Positions 13,981 to 27,760 of a DNA stretch of 64,000 bases are shown in pieces (the stretch's first letter is position 1; every line of letters starts with the position of its first letter). The DNA lies in contig OX597826.1 of the NCBI GenBank assembly GCA_951406725.2, positions 49,910,001 to 49,974,000 of the forward strand. Reading direction: 5' to 3'. This DNA comes from Octopus vulgaris (lineage: Eukaryota). The notes under the pieces were generated by a model. It was not told where the DNA came from. It saw only the letters and a program-made list of their open reading frames with translations, and searched no databases. Made by a program: the position numbers and the translations under genes.

Positions 13981-14040
<60 letters not shown>

Positions 14041-14210
14041 TATAAGCTATATATATATATATATAGCTTATACCTACTGACTCAAAGGTAAGCTACTGAT
14101 TGCTGGTCCTCTCCAAACTGGACGTTTGTGCGAGATCGTAGTGGCTTATAAACTGGAACACTCAGACCGCTTGCCTATTATTTTGGGTTAACTTGACCTA
14201 AACTTCCTCA

Positions 14211-14272
<62 letters not shown>

Positions 14273-14512
14273 CATGCACATGCATACATACATAGATACA
14301 CGCACTCACATACAGAAACATAACACACACACACCTCTATAAATATATATATATACATATACATGTGTATATTTCAGTGTGTGTGTGAGTGTGCATGCGA
14401 CTTATGTATGTATAAATGTATGTGTATATATACGTAGGTGTAAACAAGTGAATACTTGTCTGTGCGTGTATGTTTCAGAGATATCCTGTTTATTAATTAA
14501 TACTCATACATG

Positions 14513-15190
14513 GCGGTGGGTTGGCAGGATCGTTAGTACATCAGGCAAAATGCTTAACGGCATTTCCTCCATCTTTACGTCCTGAGTTTAAATTCCGCCG
14601 ACCCGAGGCTTTGCCTTTCATCCTTTCGTTGTCGAAAAAATAAATACCTATTTCTTTACTACCCACAAGGGGCTAAACACAGAGAGGACAAACAAGGACA
14701 GACAAACGGATTAAGTCGATTATATCGACCCCAGTACGTAACTGGTACTTATTTAATCGACCCCAAAAGGATGAAAGGCAAAGTCGACCTCGGCGGAATT
14801 TGAACTCAGAACGCAACGGCAGACGAAATACGGCTACGCATTTCGCCCGGCGTGCTAACGTTTCTGCCAGCTCGCAGTGGAGCGCTGAGGTCGATGTAAT
14901 CGACTTACCCTCCTCCCTCGTGATTGCTGGCCTTGTGCCAAAATTTGAAACCACTATTTAAGGCATACACAAAAGTGCGTGCTGGTTGGATCGTTAGCAC
15001 TCCAGACAAAATACGTAGCGGCATTTCTTCCGGTTTTACTTTCTGAGTTCAAATTCCTCTGAGGTCAACTTTGCCTTTCATTCTTTCAAGGTCGATGAAA
15101 TAAATACCATTTGAGTACTGGGGTCGATGCAATCGACTAGCTCCTCCCTCGAAATATCAGGCCTTGTGCCTGCTGTAGGAAAGTATTATT
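14513..15190. mobile_element. Nested cluster of Meta-like SINEs (plus copy interrupted by a minus copy at 14647-14873, then another plus copy)
   Basis: Direct sequence match to the 602-836 family in both orientations. Confidence 0.85.
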
Positions 15191-15522
15191 TAATACACAA
15201 ATATAGTGAGACATAGAGAGAAAGAAAAGGAAAAAGTACATTTGTTTTTCTGTGTGTGTGTGTATGTGTGCCAAGAACACATCACTTATATTCGCTGCAT
15301 ATAGAGACAGTACGTATCTGCACGTGCGTGTGTGCGGGGGTTGTATGTATGTCTGTACGTATTCGTGTGTGTGTGTGTGTGTGAGTACGTAATATGAAGT
15401 TAGACGTTGAGAATGAAACAGGAAGTCGTTGTCCAGCGACGTCAGACCCCGCCCTGATTAAATATCTCAAAACAACAAACATTGGTCACAATTAACATCA
15501 AAAACAAAACTACAAACATTAT

Positions 15523-15535
15523 ACTGCTGCTGCTG

Positions 15536-15577
<42 letters not shown>

Positions 15578-15624
15578 TTGCCACTACTACTACTACCACT
15601 GCTACTAATCCTGCAACTGCTAGA

Positions 15625-15661
<37 letters not shown>

Positions 15662-15700
15662 TTTCCATCACCATCACCACCACCACCGCCGCCGCCGCCG

Positions 15701-15733
<33 letters not shown>

Positions 15734-15865
15734 TTTCCATCACCGTGATGGTGATCACCACCACCACCACCACCGCCGCCGCCGCCGCCGCCGCCGCCGC
15801 TACTACTACTGCTACTACTACTACTATTTCTATCACTATCACCACCACCACCGCCGCCGCCGCCG

Positions 15866-15913
<48 letters not shown>

Positions 15914-16415
15914 TTTCCATCACCTACTACTACTACTACTACTACTACCAAGCTCTCTACTACCATTTCTACCGCTACTTCATAAATCAGGCTCTCATAG
16001 ACCCTCCTCTTTTACATTCATTCTCTCTCTCTTTCTCGGCTCCGCCTCCTCTCCATCCTCGTTATCATCATCCTCATCATCACTGCATTTATAGTCCTTC
16101 ATCTTTCTTTTTCCATTTTTTTTCTAATCTTCCTCATCATCCTCAGTTTTCTTTTTATCTTCTTTGCTTTTTCTTTCTTCTCTTCCTTCCTCTTTCTGCT
16201 TCCTCCCTTTCTTCTTCTTCTTCTTCTTCTTCTTCTTCTTCTTCTTCTTCTTCTTCTTCTTCTTCTTCTTCTCCCACACACACCAGTATCATCGCCGCCA
16301 CCACTGCTACTACTTCTACTACTACACTACCACCACCACCACCACTACAACTGCTACTACAGCGGCCGCTGCTGCTGAGACTACTACTGCTATTAGTATT
16401 ACTACTACTACTACG
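15523..16415. repeat. Compound trinucleotide repeat (CTA/CAC/CGC/CTT) with a higher-order unit
   Basis: Visible repeat runs with a recurring linker CTATTTCCATCACC. Confidence 0.95.
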
Positions 16416-16515
16416 TTTTCTTTTTTCCTCTAAATAGTTTTTGTTGTTGAAGCTGTAGTATTTCTGTTGATTTATTATACATGCAGACATACATATATAC
16501 ATACATTTATATATG

Positions 16516-16575
<60 letters not shown>

Positions 16576-16593
16576 TAAATATGTATACATTGC

Positions 16594-16711
<118 letters not shown>

Positions 16712-17138
16712 GCAATGTATACATACTTGCATACATACGCATACACACGTGTACACACATACGTAAACAGGTGTACATGTAAACATACATTACTACATAT
16801 ACAAACATATAGGCATACATACACACACACACATACGCGTATATATATATATACACGCGTATACATATATATAAATATACATAATTTTTGTTATTACATT
16901 TTGTTGTTTTTGTTGAATTTTTAATATTTTGTTGTAGTTGTTATTATTGTGCTACACATGTTTGTGACTATTTTGTATTGTTGTTTATAGTATTTGTTGT
17001 TTATAGTTGTTCTTGGTAATGCTTTTGTTGTTGTAGTTTTTTTGTTTTGTTGCTGCTGCCCCCGCCGCTGCTGTTATTGCTGCTGCTGTAACTGCTTTTG
17101 TGGTCGTTGTTATTGTTATTATTGTTATTGTTGGAAGG

Positions 17139-17765
17139 AGGCGAGCTGGCAGAAACGTTAGCACGCCGGGCGAAATGCATAGCGGTATTTCGTCTGTCTT
17201 TATGTTCTGAGTTCAAATTCCACCGAGGTCGACTTTGTCTTTCATCCTTTCGAGGTCCATAAATTAAGTACCAGTTACGCACTGGGGTCGATGTAATCGA
17301 CTTAATCCGTTTGTCTGTCCTTGTTTGTCCCCTCTGTGTTTAGCCCCTTGTGGGTAGTAAAGAAATAGGTATTTCGTCCGCCGCTACGTTCTGAGTTCAA
17401 ATTCCGCTGAGGACGACTTTGCCTTTCATCCTTTCGAAGTCGATTAAATAGGTACCAGTTACGCATTGGGATCGATGTAATCGATTTAATCCCTTTGTCT
17501 GTCCTTGTTTGTCCCTCCTATGTTTAGCCTCTTGTGGGCAATAAAAAAATAAGAATCGTTAGCACGCCGGGCGAAATGCTTAGCGCTATTTCCTTTGTAC
17601 TTCCGTTCTGAGTTCAAATTTCGCCGAGGTTGACTTTGCCTTTCATCCTTGCGTGGTCGATAAATTAAGTACCAGTTGCGTACTGGGATCGATCTAATCG
17701 TCTGGCCCTCTCCCCCAAAATTTCAAGCCTTTGTGCCTATAGTAGAAAGGATTAATATTATTGTT
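17139..17765 (+). mobile_element. Tandem trimer of Meta-like SINE units
   Basis: Three consecutive box B plus Meta-like domains; the second and third units are 5'-truncated. Confidence 0.85.
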
Positions 17766-18161
17766 GGAGTTCAATATACGTCTTGTTTTCGCTACTCTTA
17801 GCCTTGTACTAGCTTCCAGGTTGTGGCCATGCTGGATTACACATGTACATATTGTTGACGTTTTACATATCTATTGGTTTCAAATTTTGGCACAAGGCCA
17901 ACAGTTTCGGGGATGGAGATAAGTCGATTACAATGATCTTAGTGCCCAGCTGGTACTTATTTTATCGACCCCTAAATGATGAAAGACAAAGTTGACCCCG
18001 GTGGAATTCGAACTCAAAAAGGAAGGACGGATGAAACGCCGCTAAACATTTTGCCCGGCGTGCTAACGATTCTGCCGTCTATACACGTCTCCCCCACCAT
18101 TTTCCCCCTTTCTCTCTCCCTCTCTGTCTCCGTCTCTCTGTCTTTCTCAGAAGGATGCCTA

Positions 18162-18773
18162 CGAGGGAGTGCTCAAAAGTTCTTGGCTTTAATGGTGACG
18201 CGAAAGGCCTGACTGGAAACCCAACCTTTCGAGTTTTTTTACACGGTTTACAAAAACTGAAGGACCACTGCAATAACTGTGTGAATCTGAGAGGAGAATA
18301 TCTTTATATATAAAAGTCAAGTTGGTGTCTGTCTCCTACGATTTAGATTCCTAACTACTCCCACATTTTGCGGTGCAGTTTAACCAAAACCGGGTATCTT
18401 ATAGTCGTGATTCATATCGAGCCCTTCTGGGTATTAGCGCGCGTCTACGATGAGTCTACGATTTAAAAAAAAATTTACCATCATTTTTTTCCCTTTTAAT
18501 GAATTTTTTTCGCTATTATATAAGGGAAGTAACTCTCTAAAGATGTCTACGATGAGTCAACGATTTAAAAAAAATTTGCCATCATATTTTTCCATTTTTA
18601 ATGCATGTTTTGCTATTTTTTGGCTATAACTCTCTAAAAATGCTTATATAGTTATTTCCCTTACAAACCCGAGCAACGCCGGGCGATACTGCTAGTGTTC
18701 AATAAAATCATAATTAAATGATCCTCCTGTATTTTCTTTTACTCAAATCCAGGAACTTTTCAGCAGGTTCTCG
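18162..18773 (+). mobile_element. Internally deleted mariner element (host of a nested Helitron)
   Basis: TA-flanked TIRs CGAGGGAGTGCTCAAAAGTTCTTGG / CCAGGAACTTTTCAGCAGGTTCTCG; removing the insert restores the transposase C-terminus KLKDHCNNCVNLRGEYVQ*. Confidence 0.8.
18301..18695 (+). mobile_element. Non-autonomous Helitron
   Basis: Starts TC, ends CTAG, inserted between A and T with no TSD; subterminal hairpin CCCGAGCAACGCCGGG at 18668-18683. Confidence 0.85.
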
Positions 18774-19311
18774 TATATATGCGGTGTACGTTAGTGCTCT
18801 TCAAATATTTTTTAACTATCCCCATCTTACTTTTCTAACATCTTCTCCTTGCTGCAATTCACCAAATTAAATCCACAAATCTACCACAGGTACTTATCCA
18901 TATATATGCGCACACAAATTAAACTGCAACCTCAGGCTGAAAGTGCAAAGACTGACTCTATCGCATGTATGGAAATACAATTTTAGGTATTTATTAAAAA
19001 ATTATACTTCGCTTATTGTTTATAATTTACATGCATAAGCGCAGTATACTTGGGTTCATTTATTTATATACTTATTTATTCACACTTCGAAGTCTACTAT
19101 TACAGTTGATGTCGTCGTTATTATTGTCATTATCGCTGATGTCGTGATTAAGGTTTATGGTTTATAATAAAATTACATTTAGAGACTACAATGATTTATC
19201 AAAAAGAAAGACAATTTTTTTTTTATCAAAGAGCCTTTTGCTTTTAAAGAGAGGGAGAGATCCTATCACATTCACAGCCATACGCCAACTCACCCACCTG
19301 CTCAGGTTTGA

Positions 19312-19531
19312 CCCTTTCGTTACTGTATTTCTGTTGAGATGCTCTGTGTTTCTTCCAATTACTTTAAGTATAACAAAGAATTTAGTAAAATAACTTTGTT
19401 ATCATTCAGCTATCGTTAGGAACGTAAATTGTAATTAAGGTTTGGTGGAAGATTTTAATTCAAAACTTATGAAAACAAGACATTTGTATTCAAAGCCAGA
19501 GTTGGTTTCAGCCGGGTTGGTAATGAAAGGG
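19312..19531. mobile_element. piggyBac-like MITE
   Basis: TIRs CCCTTTCGTTAC / GTAATGAAAGGG, flanked by TTGA (degenerate) and TTAA. Confidence 0.65.
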
Positions 19532-20051
19532 TTAATGACATGTAGTTACTCAGCCGAACACTTACATTTGTGCCACTAGTCCTATATTTCCTGATAAACA
19601 GTTAATGCTTAATCATATTATGTCTACTTAAGAAGGGCGACGGATCGGTGGCCACGTTAAATCGGTGAGCAAAATATCCCACGCTATATGCTCAAGCTCT
19701 TAATATTCTAAATTCAAATCCTGTCGAGGTCAGCTTTCTGTTCCATCACTCCAGGGTCGATAAAATAAAGTCCCCGTCAATTACTGTGTTCGATGGTATC
19801 GTCAAGCCTCTCTTCTCAAAATTTGGGACTTTGTGCCTAAATCATAAACTATTACTATTAATATTATTATTGTTATTATTATTGTTAGTATGACGGACAA
19901 AATGCTTAGCGGCATTTCGTCCGTCTCTACGTTCTGAGTTCAAATTCCTCTGAGGTCGACTCTGCCTTTGTAATCAATGTATCCCCTCTCCCAAAATTTT
20001 GGCCCAAAATTGTGCCAAAATTTGAAACCATCATTATCATCATCATCATCA

Positions 20052-20104
<53 letters not shown>

Positions 20105-20163
20105 GTTATTATTATTATTATTGTTGTTGTTGTTGTTATTATTATTATTATTATTAATATTAT

Positions 20164-20720
20164 TGAATGAGAGAGCAGTGCATGCCATCAAAGTGACACT
20201 GGGGTAAAATATACGAAGACCAGTATACCCATCATGACTACCCATCTGATAATGATACACCGGGCCCATGCATCACAACCATATTTGTGCGACATGGTGA
20301 TCTCATATCAAATGAAACAGCACATGGCCTTGCAGGTGGAGCCCAGTTAGAATTTTTCTTCTGGTGGAGTAGCCTATCCCGCTCAAAAGGTCTCTGAATA
20401 AGGATTGTTTAAGGATGTTGAACGAACCATCCTTGTTTCCAAAGGTGAATTACCCAAATCTCTAAGAATTCCTTTCAACACACGGTTATGATGCTCCCCC
20501 ACTACTTCTGCTCGTGATCAGAGATGCACATATCGTCAGCCACTAAGGGACATGGTCAACTGGTTAAGGTCATACAACTGACAAGTAAATCTATGGTATT
20601 GAGCAGAATATTTGCTGTAGCCCATGTTTTATACCAAAACAAAACAATGTAAATGATAATACTTCCAATCAGTTAAGATCAGCAGCCAAGAGAGCCACTG
20701 CCTGGTACTGCATCGGGGCA
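20164..20720 (-). mobile_element. 557-bp non-coding element embedded in (TAA)n, copy 1
   Basis: Highly similar along its length to 62497-63053, with the same two ends; (ATT)n on both sides. Confidence 0.85.
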
Positions 20721-20733
20721 TCTATTATTATTA

Positions 20734-20767
<34 letters not shown>

Positions 20768-20966
20768 GGTTATTATTATTATTATTTGTAGTAAGAAGGT
20801 TGGCTACAAAATCGTTAGCACACCGGTTTGCCTTTCAGCCTTTTGGAGTCGATAAAAGAAGTACCGGTTCAATACTGTGGTCCATGTATTCGACTTATCC
20901 CCCTCCCTCCAAATTTGAATCTGTGTGTCTTTGTGCTTATAGTAGAAAGGGTTATCATCATTGTTT

Positions 20967-21062
<96 letters not shown>

Positions 21063-21931
21063 AGAGGAGGAGGAAGAAGAAGAAGAGGAGGAGGAGGAGG
21101 AGGGGGAGGGGGAGGGGGAGGGGAGGGGAGAGGAGGAGGAGGGGGGAGGAGGAACGATTTTGCCTTTCATGCTTTCGCGGTCAATAAAATAAAGAAAAAA
21201 ATCAAGTACTAGAGTCGAAGATAGATATTGCTGGCTTTATACCAAAATCTTCTCATCATCATCATCATCATCATCATTGTTTTTGTTATCATTATTGTAG
21301 TTGTTACAATTATCATTATTGCTAGTGTTGTTATCGTTGTTGTTCTAGTTTTCGTATTCATTATCATTATTGTTATTCTTATTATCATTGTTGTTGTTGC
21401 TGCTGCTGCTGCTGTTTTGTTTTTTTGTTGTTATTGTTGTTGTTGTTTAACGAAAACGTAAAGACTATAAAGGCATTGCATCCATCGCATTCTTCATGAT
21501 TAATCCGTCTGTCGAGTTAGGTTAGTTTTAGTTTAGTTAGCAGCGAAGCATGAAACAATACTCGGAAAAAAAAGACAAGGTGTGAGCTGTAAGCCACCTT
21601 ATGTTGTCAAATCCGTAACGACTTACTGCTGCCTAGACAAATGCATACTTAAAACAAAACACAGAGGGAGAGAACGCGATAAAGAAAGGCAGATATTTAC
21701 ATAACTTTTAGCTCCGTCTGTGTCTCAGCTAAGCAACAATAGTGCGCTGTAATAATAACATATGTAAAACAAGAGAGCGAGATCATAGCAAATATCATTT
21801 TACGTAGCACTTACGCACACCGACACACCGCATAAACATCAAATTATGGAGCATAAACATACACAGGTGCATATATGAGATGCATTGCGAGTATATATTT
21901 GCACAAGCACGCACATAAACACACTCACACA

Positions 21932-22042
<111 letters not shown>

Positions 22043-22379
22043 ATATATATATAGATAGGTATATAGTGACATATATATATATAGATACATATGAAATATA
22101 TATGTTTGTGCAAATGTAAATGTATATATACGTATGTAATTATATATATGTGCATGCATACATATTCACACACACACGTGTGTGTATGTTTGTATGTGTG
22201 TATATGTAAATATATATGTGTGTGTGAGTGTGTGTATGTATGTATAGGGCATGTCGACTGTTACATTGCTATATATACATATGTATATGTGTACCAGTAG
22301 TCTATATATGTATAGAATGTATGTTGTGTATATATATATAGGGAGGAAAATATAAACAAAATCAGAATGTATGAGATGA

Positions 22380-22414
<35 letters not shown>

Positions 22415-22469
22415 TGTATGTATGTATGCATGTATGTATGTATGTATGTATGTATATGTATATGTATAT

Positions 22470-22672
22470 ATAGTCAATCCAAACAAGAACAAGCAAGAAA
22501 GACAACAACGCGAGGACGTGGAACAAGTACTGTGTTATTGGACGCTTAGGAAAGGAAAGAAAATAAAGGGGATTTCACGTTTCGAGCGGAGCTCTTCGTC
22601 TGAAATATAGAAAAAGTCCAAAGAAGGAAAGACGGAGAAAGAAAATCACCAACGGTACACACGCGGTCACAT
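22470..22672 (-). mobile_element. PLE pseudo-LTR with minimal hammerhead-like motif
   Basis: Lies 3' of the PLE RT/EN fragments on the same strand and ends at a TA-rich microsatellite; copies at 39800-40002, 58318-58468 and partial 53640-53730. Confidence 0.7.
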
Positions 22673-22939
22673 ATTGAAATGGCCGGAAGAGAATGGGTGA
22701 AGAAAAAGTGCTTTCTAAGACAGGAGAGTGCAAGAGAAGGGGGTATGAGTGTGTATGTGTGGGTATGTGCGTGCGTGCAGATCTGTGTGTTTGTGTGTAA
22801 TGATAGCATTGTATGTGCGTATGTTTGTGTGTGGTTGTGGCTGTTTATGTATGTACGTGTTAGGACGTTGTGTCGCTTGATATCGTAGGAAGAATCTATA
22901 GCAATATTTTTGGTAGGAGTGGCTGTCTGTTGTGTGTCT

Positions 22940-23880
22940 CCCTTCACATGTGCGTAGGAGAATGGTCAGTAGAAAAGTGTTTAACTGGTAGTTTGAAGTA
23001 TGTGTGTGTGCGTGTGTGTCTGTGTGTGCGTGTGTGTGTATGTATGTGTGTGTACGTATGTGTATGTGTGTGTGCGTTAGGTTTGGGCAAGAGTTGAGGG
23101 GCATCCTCGATGCATGAACAGACGGGCAAGGTACTAAGACTGGGGCTCAAAATGCTGGTGCCTGCTGCACAAGCGTCTGAGGTGAAGGAACTGGGTGTAG
23201 GGGATGGCCCGTTTGGTGTGGAAAGGATGGGAGGAGGAGAAGTTGAGGTAGAGGTGGGAATCTGTGGGTTTGAAGAAGGCGGAAGTGGTGAGAGAGTGGG
23301 AGGGATGGTCAATGGTAAGAGAGATATAAAGGAAGTTAACCGAGATAGTAGAAGTGAATTGGAGAGAAGGGTGGAAGTTAGTGAGGAAAGAGATGAAGTG
23401 GCACAGTTATTCACGGGAGAGGAAGGTGGCACCTATACAGTCTTCTATGTAGCGACCGTACAGCTCTGGGGGTCGACCTAGAGAATTGGGAGAATGCTTG
23501 GGCCTCAATGTGACCAACAAATAGGTTGGCGAAATTGGGGCCCATTCTCGTTCCCATTGCGACCCCAGACATTGTTATTAGGTTTCGCCGGCAAACGTAA
23601 AGCAGTTGAGGGTGAGGACGGTCGAGGAAGTATTGGAGGGCTAAGAGATCGTTGTTGTGGGGAATCACCGTGTATAGGGATTTCATGTCCAAGGTGAAGA
23701 GGAGGTGTGAGGGGCCGAGAGGGAAGGAAAAGGAATTGAAGAGACGAAGGGCGCGATTAGTCTTGTGTATGTGGGATGGAAGGGCAGCAACTAAAGGGAA
23801 CAGGATAAGATCAAGGTATTTGGAAATGAGTTTTGTGGGGCAATTACAAGCAGAAACAATAGGGCGGCCAGGGCGTGTGG
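22940..23880 (-). pseudogene. Penelope-like (Neptune-type) reverse transcriptase plus GIY-YIG C-terminal remnant
   Basis: Frameshifted motifs PGRPIVSACNCPTKLISKYLD, DMKSLYTVIPH, GVAMGTRMGPNFANLFVGHIE, YGRYIEDCIG (YIDD), LRRLCS and LPVKHFSTDHSPTHM. Confidence 0.9.
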
Positions 23881-25229
23881 GTGTGTGCGTGTGTGTGTGT
23901 ATGCATAAAAGGTGTCCATGATGTGTATTCCAGTTGTTCTATCAACCCAACTGCCAACTCATTTAATTTCAGAACACATGATATTACTGAGGTTTCCACA
24001 GACTCTTAATCTTCAGGCGAAATCAGTGTAATAACATGTTTGATAAAACTGGCTCTTTGAATACTGGTATAATCCTTGTGCCGGGCTTGTATGATTTTGG
24101 TCCGTTCAATTCTATTCAGAAGTGTCACAGTTGACCAAGCGATTTTATCATTGTTAATATCATAACCCTTTAATCTCCAGATATGTTCAGAAATGAGGAG
24201 TTTTCTAGGTGTCTGAATGTATAGATATGTAGATGAAACCTTTCGGGAGGGAGGGATTTTCAGTGAGTCCTATAAAACTTATTGTCTTGCTAGTATGTGT
24301 ATTAGTGTAAAAAGCAAACACACACACACACACACACACATACACACACACACATACACAAACATACACACAAGCACACACACAAGCACACACAAACACA
24401 CACACACAAATGTACACACGTTCGATAAGCTAATATTTTGTAACGACACAATTTGTTCAGAATGCAGTTATTAGGGTTTTGAAAATTACGTAAACAAAAG
24501 TTTTGCGTGCTTGTATTGGACGTTTTTTCTTTTTTGTTTATCTTATTTATGGAAGCATCCAAGTTTTTGGTGTCACCGTAGCTTACTAATGCTACTCCAA
24601 CAGCGATCTTATGATATCAATAGTCATCGGGGGAATATTTAGTTGACGAAAAATCCTCGTAACATTTAAACGAACAATTAAAACATATGGAGGATTATAC
24701 CATATAATAATTTTCGTTACCTATTTTAACATTTTCAGTACTCGTTCTTGTTATTGTACGAACTTCAGGCGATATATCTAGCAATAGTTTATTTCCTACA
24801 TAATGAATACGCCATGCTCTGAAAAGTGGTCGTATATTGAAAAAAACGTTCAGTGACTTATCAACATTAAAATTTCAAAAATAGCTACTTCTCTTACTTC
24901 TTTGTGATTTTCACACATGATACCCAAGACGGGAAATAGTTGTTTTTGTATATAAATAATTGTTCTACATATGATAACTGAATAGATGAATGTGAGATAT
25001 ATTCTCACGTTCGTTTTTCTTAATACAATTTTTTTGACAGCGAATCAAATATGACTAATCATATTATGGATGTATTTACAAACATTGTTTCTTATACATT
25101 GTTACGCTACTTCCTTACTTCAGTCTACCGAATAATCAGCGACGTTATACTCAGAGTAACGAATTAAACATTGTCAGCTTCTAAGACGATGCAATATATA
25201 AAAGCCTCTCTATTTTTAGGGAGGCGGTG

Positions 25230-25397
25230 GGGCAGTCGATTATATCGACCCCAGTACGCAACGATACTTAATTTATCGACCGCGAAAGGATGAAAGGCAA
25301 AGTCGACCTCGGCGGAATTTGAACTCAGAACGTAGCGGCAGACGAAATACGGCTACGCATTTCGCCCGGAGTGCTAACGTTTCTGCCAGCTCACCGC
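25230..25397 (-). mobile_element. Meta-like SINE
   Basis: Reverse complement of the 602-836 family. Other copies at about 5670-5835, 10690-10870, 17876-18075, 19635-20030, 20790-20955, 31105-31280, 33505-33660, 42940-43080, 62090-62280 and 63378-63480. Confidence 0.85.
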
Positions 25398-25425
25398 TTT
25401 CTTAAGTATATCAATATTAAATTCA

Positions 25426-25466
<41 letters not shown>

Positions 25467-25605
25467 TCATATATAAATATATATATATATACATACATAT
25501 AAAAAAAAAATATATATATATACATACATATAAAAAAAAAATATATATATATATATATATACATACATATATAAATATATATATATATATACATAGATAC
25601 ATATT

Positions 25606-25699
<94 letters not shown>

Positions 25700-26409
25700 A
25701 ACTTAATTTGAGACCGCGACCTGATCACTGACAAAATTCCGTGTTGCATCTGTGTGTGTGTGGATAGACATCACATGTATGTTCAAACGTACAAGTGTAT
25801 ATATACACATATACACCGCTGCTATCATGTCATACACGTTGCACACGTAGAATCCAACAGCCATGAAGGAAAACGGGAAGGTTGTTAGAGTGCAACTGAC
25901 GTAAAATAACACACACACACACTGACATACACACACTCACACACACACACCTACAATTACAAATACACATAGACCCATAATACACACATATGCACACAAA
26001 CACACATACACACACACATACATACATATATAAATATATTTATATTTATATATATATATACACTCACACACACACACAATTACAAATACACTACAATTAC
26101 AAATACACATAGACACATAATACACACATAATACACACACAAACACACACATGCACAATCACACACACACGCACACCTACAGTTTTACACATACACACTC
26201 ACGCATTCACACGCACATACAGTAACAAACTCACTCACATACAGACATACACTCATTCCCATACACAGACATACACTCATATACACTGACACACACACAC
26301 ACACACATACACAAACTTCCTATTTTGGTGCCTTTAGCTTTGTTAGTTAGCTCATCTGTTATTAATAACGGGACCAGGCATCAAAACATGGAACTGTACT
26401 GCTGTACCA

Positions 26410-26464
<55 letters not shown>

Positions 26465-26623
26465 CCTCACTCTCTTTCTATCTCCCTATCTAACTATCTA
26501 TCTATCCCTTTCTTCTCTTTCCCTATCTCCGCTTTTCACTCTCTCCCCCCTCTCTCACTCGCCATTTATCTATCTATCTCCTCCTCTCTCTTCACCCTCT
26601 CTGAATATATTTATGTGTATGTG

Positions 26624-26660
<37 letters not shown>

Positions 26661-27601
26661 ATGTGTGTGTGTGTGTGTGTGGATTATTGGTGATTTTGTT
26701 TCCTCCGTCTTCCTTTTCTCTTGGACTTTCCTCTGTCTCCTGTTTCTAAAAAAAAACGGTGCTGTAGCTTTTCTATGAGTGAAAATCTCTTTATAGACAC
26801 GTTGTGTTAGAAACGCAATATATATTGCGTGGCGGGCCGAACATCGTCCCAGCAGTAACTCACGAGAACATCAAACGCGTTTCGATCTTCTTCTCAGGCC
26901 TTGTCAGTAACGTGTATGCCTGGTCGTCACATGCCTAATGAAGTTTTATACCCTCCAATATATAGCGAACAGTGAATAATATATTCATTTATATCGCCGA
27001 AAGCTTACCGGCTAAAATAAACTTGGTGTACGCAATTGAAAGCGTGTTAAATTAAATAGATGTCAGTATACAGACGGCTATAGACCTAGTTTTTTTAATC
27101 TTTTATTTTATTTATAACGCTTTCACCATAATCAGTCTAAATGCTTCCACGAGTTCCGGTAGCTTTTTCTTTTTCTAAGAAATACTAATTTGGAATTTAT
27201 TAAAGAAAAAGAAATTCAACATGGTTAAATTTAAATCATTTTAGTAATCGACTAATGAACAAGGATGCAGGAACAGGGAAGTGGTTAATTACATGGATCT
27301 GGGATTGGTCTTACTGCGTGACATCATAGAGGAGTGTTTTCTATCTTAGCTTCGAATCAACCCAAGACAATTCAGACTTGATGTAGACGGAAACTATGTG
27401 AAGGCACGGTGATTGTTGTTGGGTAGTCAGCGTAATTCTTCATCTAGTTAAACACTACCACCTGATGCTTTTAACCACGCGTTCTTTATTGAACTGATTG
27501 CTTTGGTCCTTCCCTGTATTTTCTAACAAATCTCAGAGATTCTTCAAAGACAAAAAAAAAATACCATCAGGGTCTCTCACCTTGCCTTCTGACAAAGCGA
27601 T

Positions 27602-27760
27602 TTAACACTTTAGCATTCAGATTATTCTGTCAAAAGTGATGCTTATTTATCCACATTATTTTAAGATAATCACGCATTATCTCATAGCTCCAAGATTTTG
27701 ATGATGTGATTGGTAGAAAATTTGGGTTAGATGTGGTCAGTTTAAACACTAAAGGGTTAA
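27602..27760. mobile_element. piggyBac-like MITE
   Basis: TTAA-CACTTTAG ... CTAAAGGG-TTAA termini. Confidence 0.55.

Noticed and set aside
22944-23481. ORFs 22944-23432 (-) and 23110-23481 (+)
   Set aside because: Largely off-frame or antisense readings of the decayed PLE
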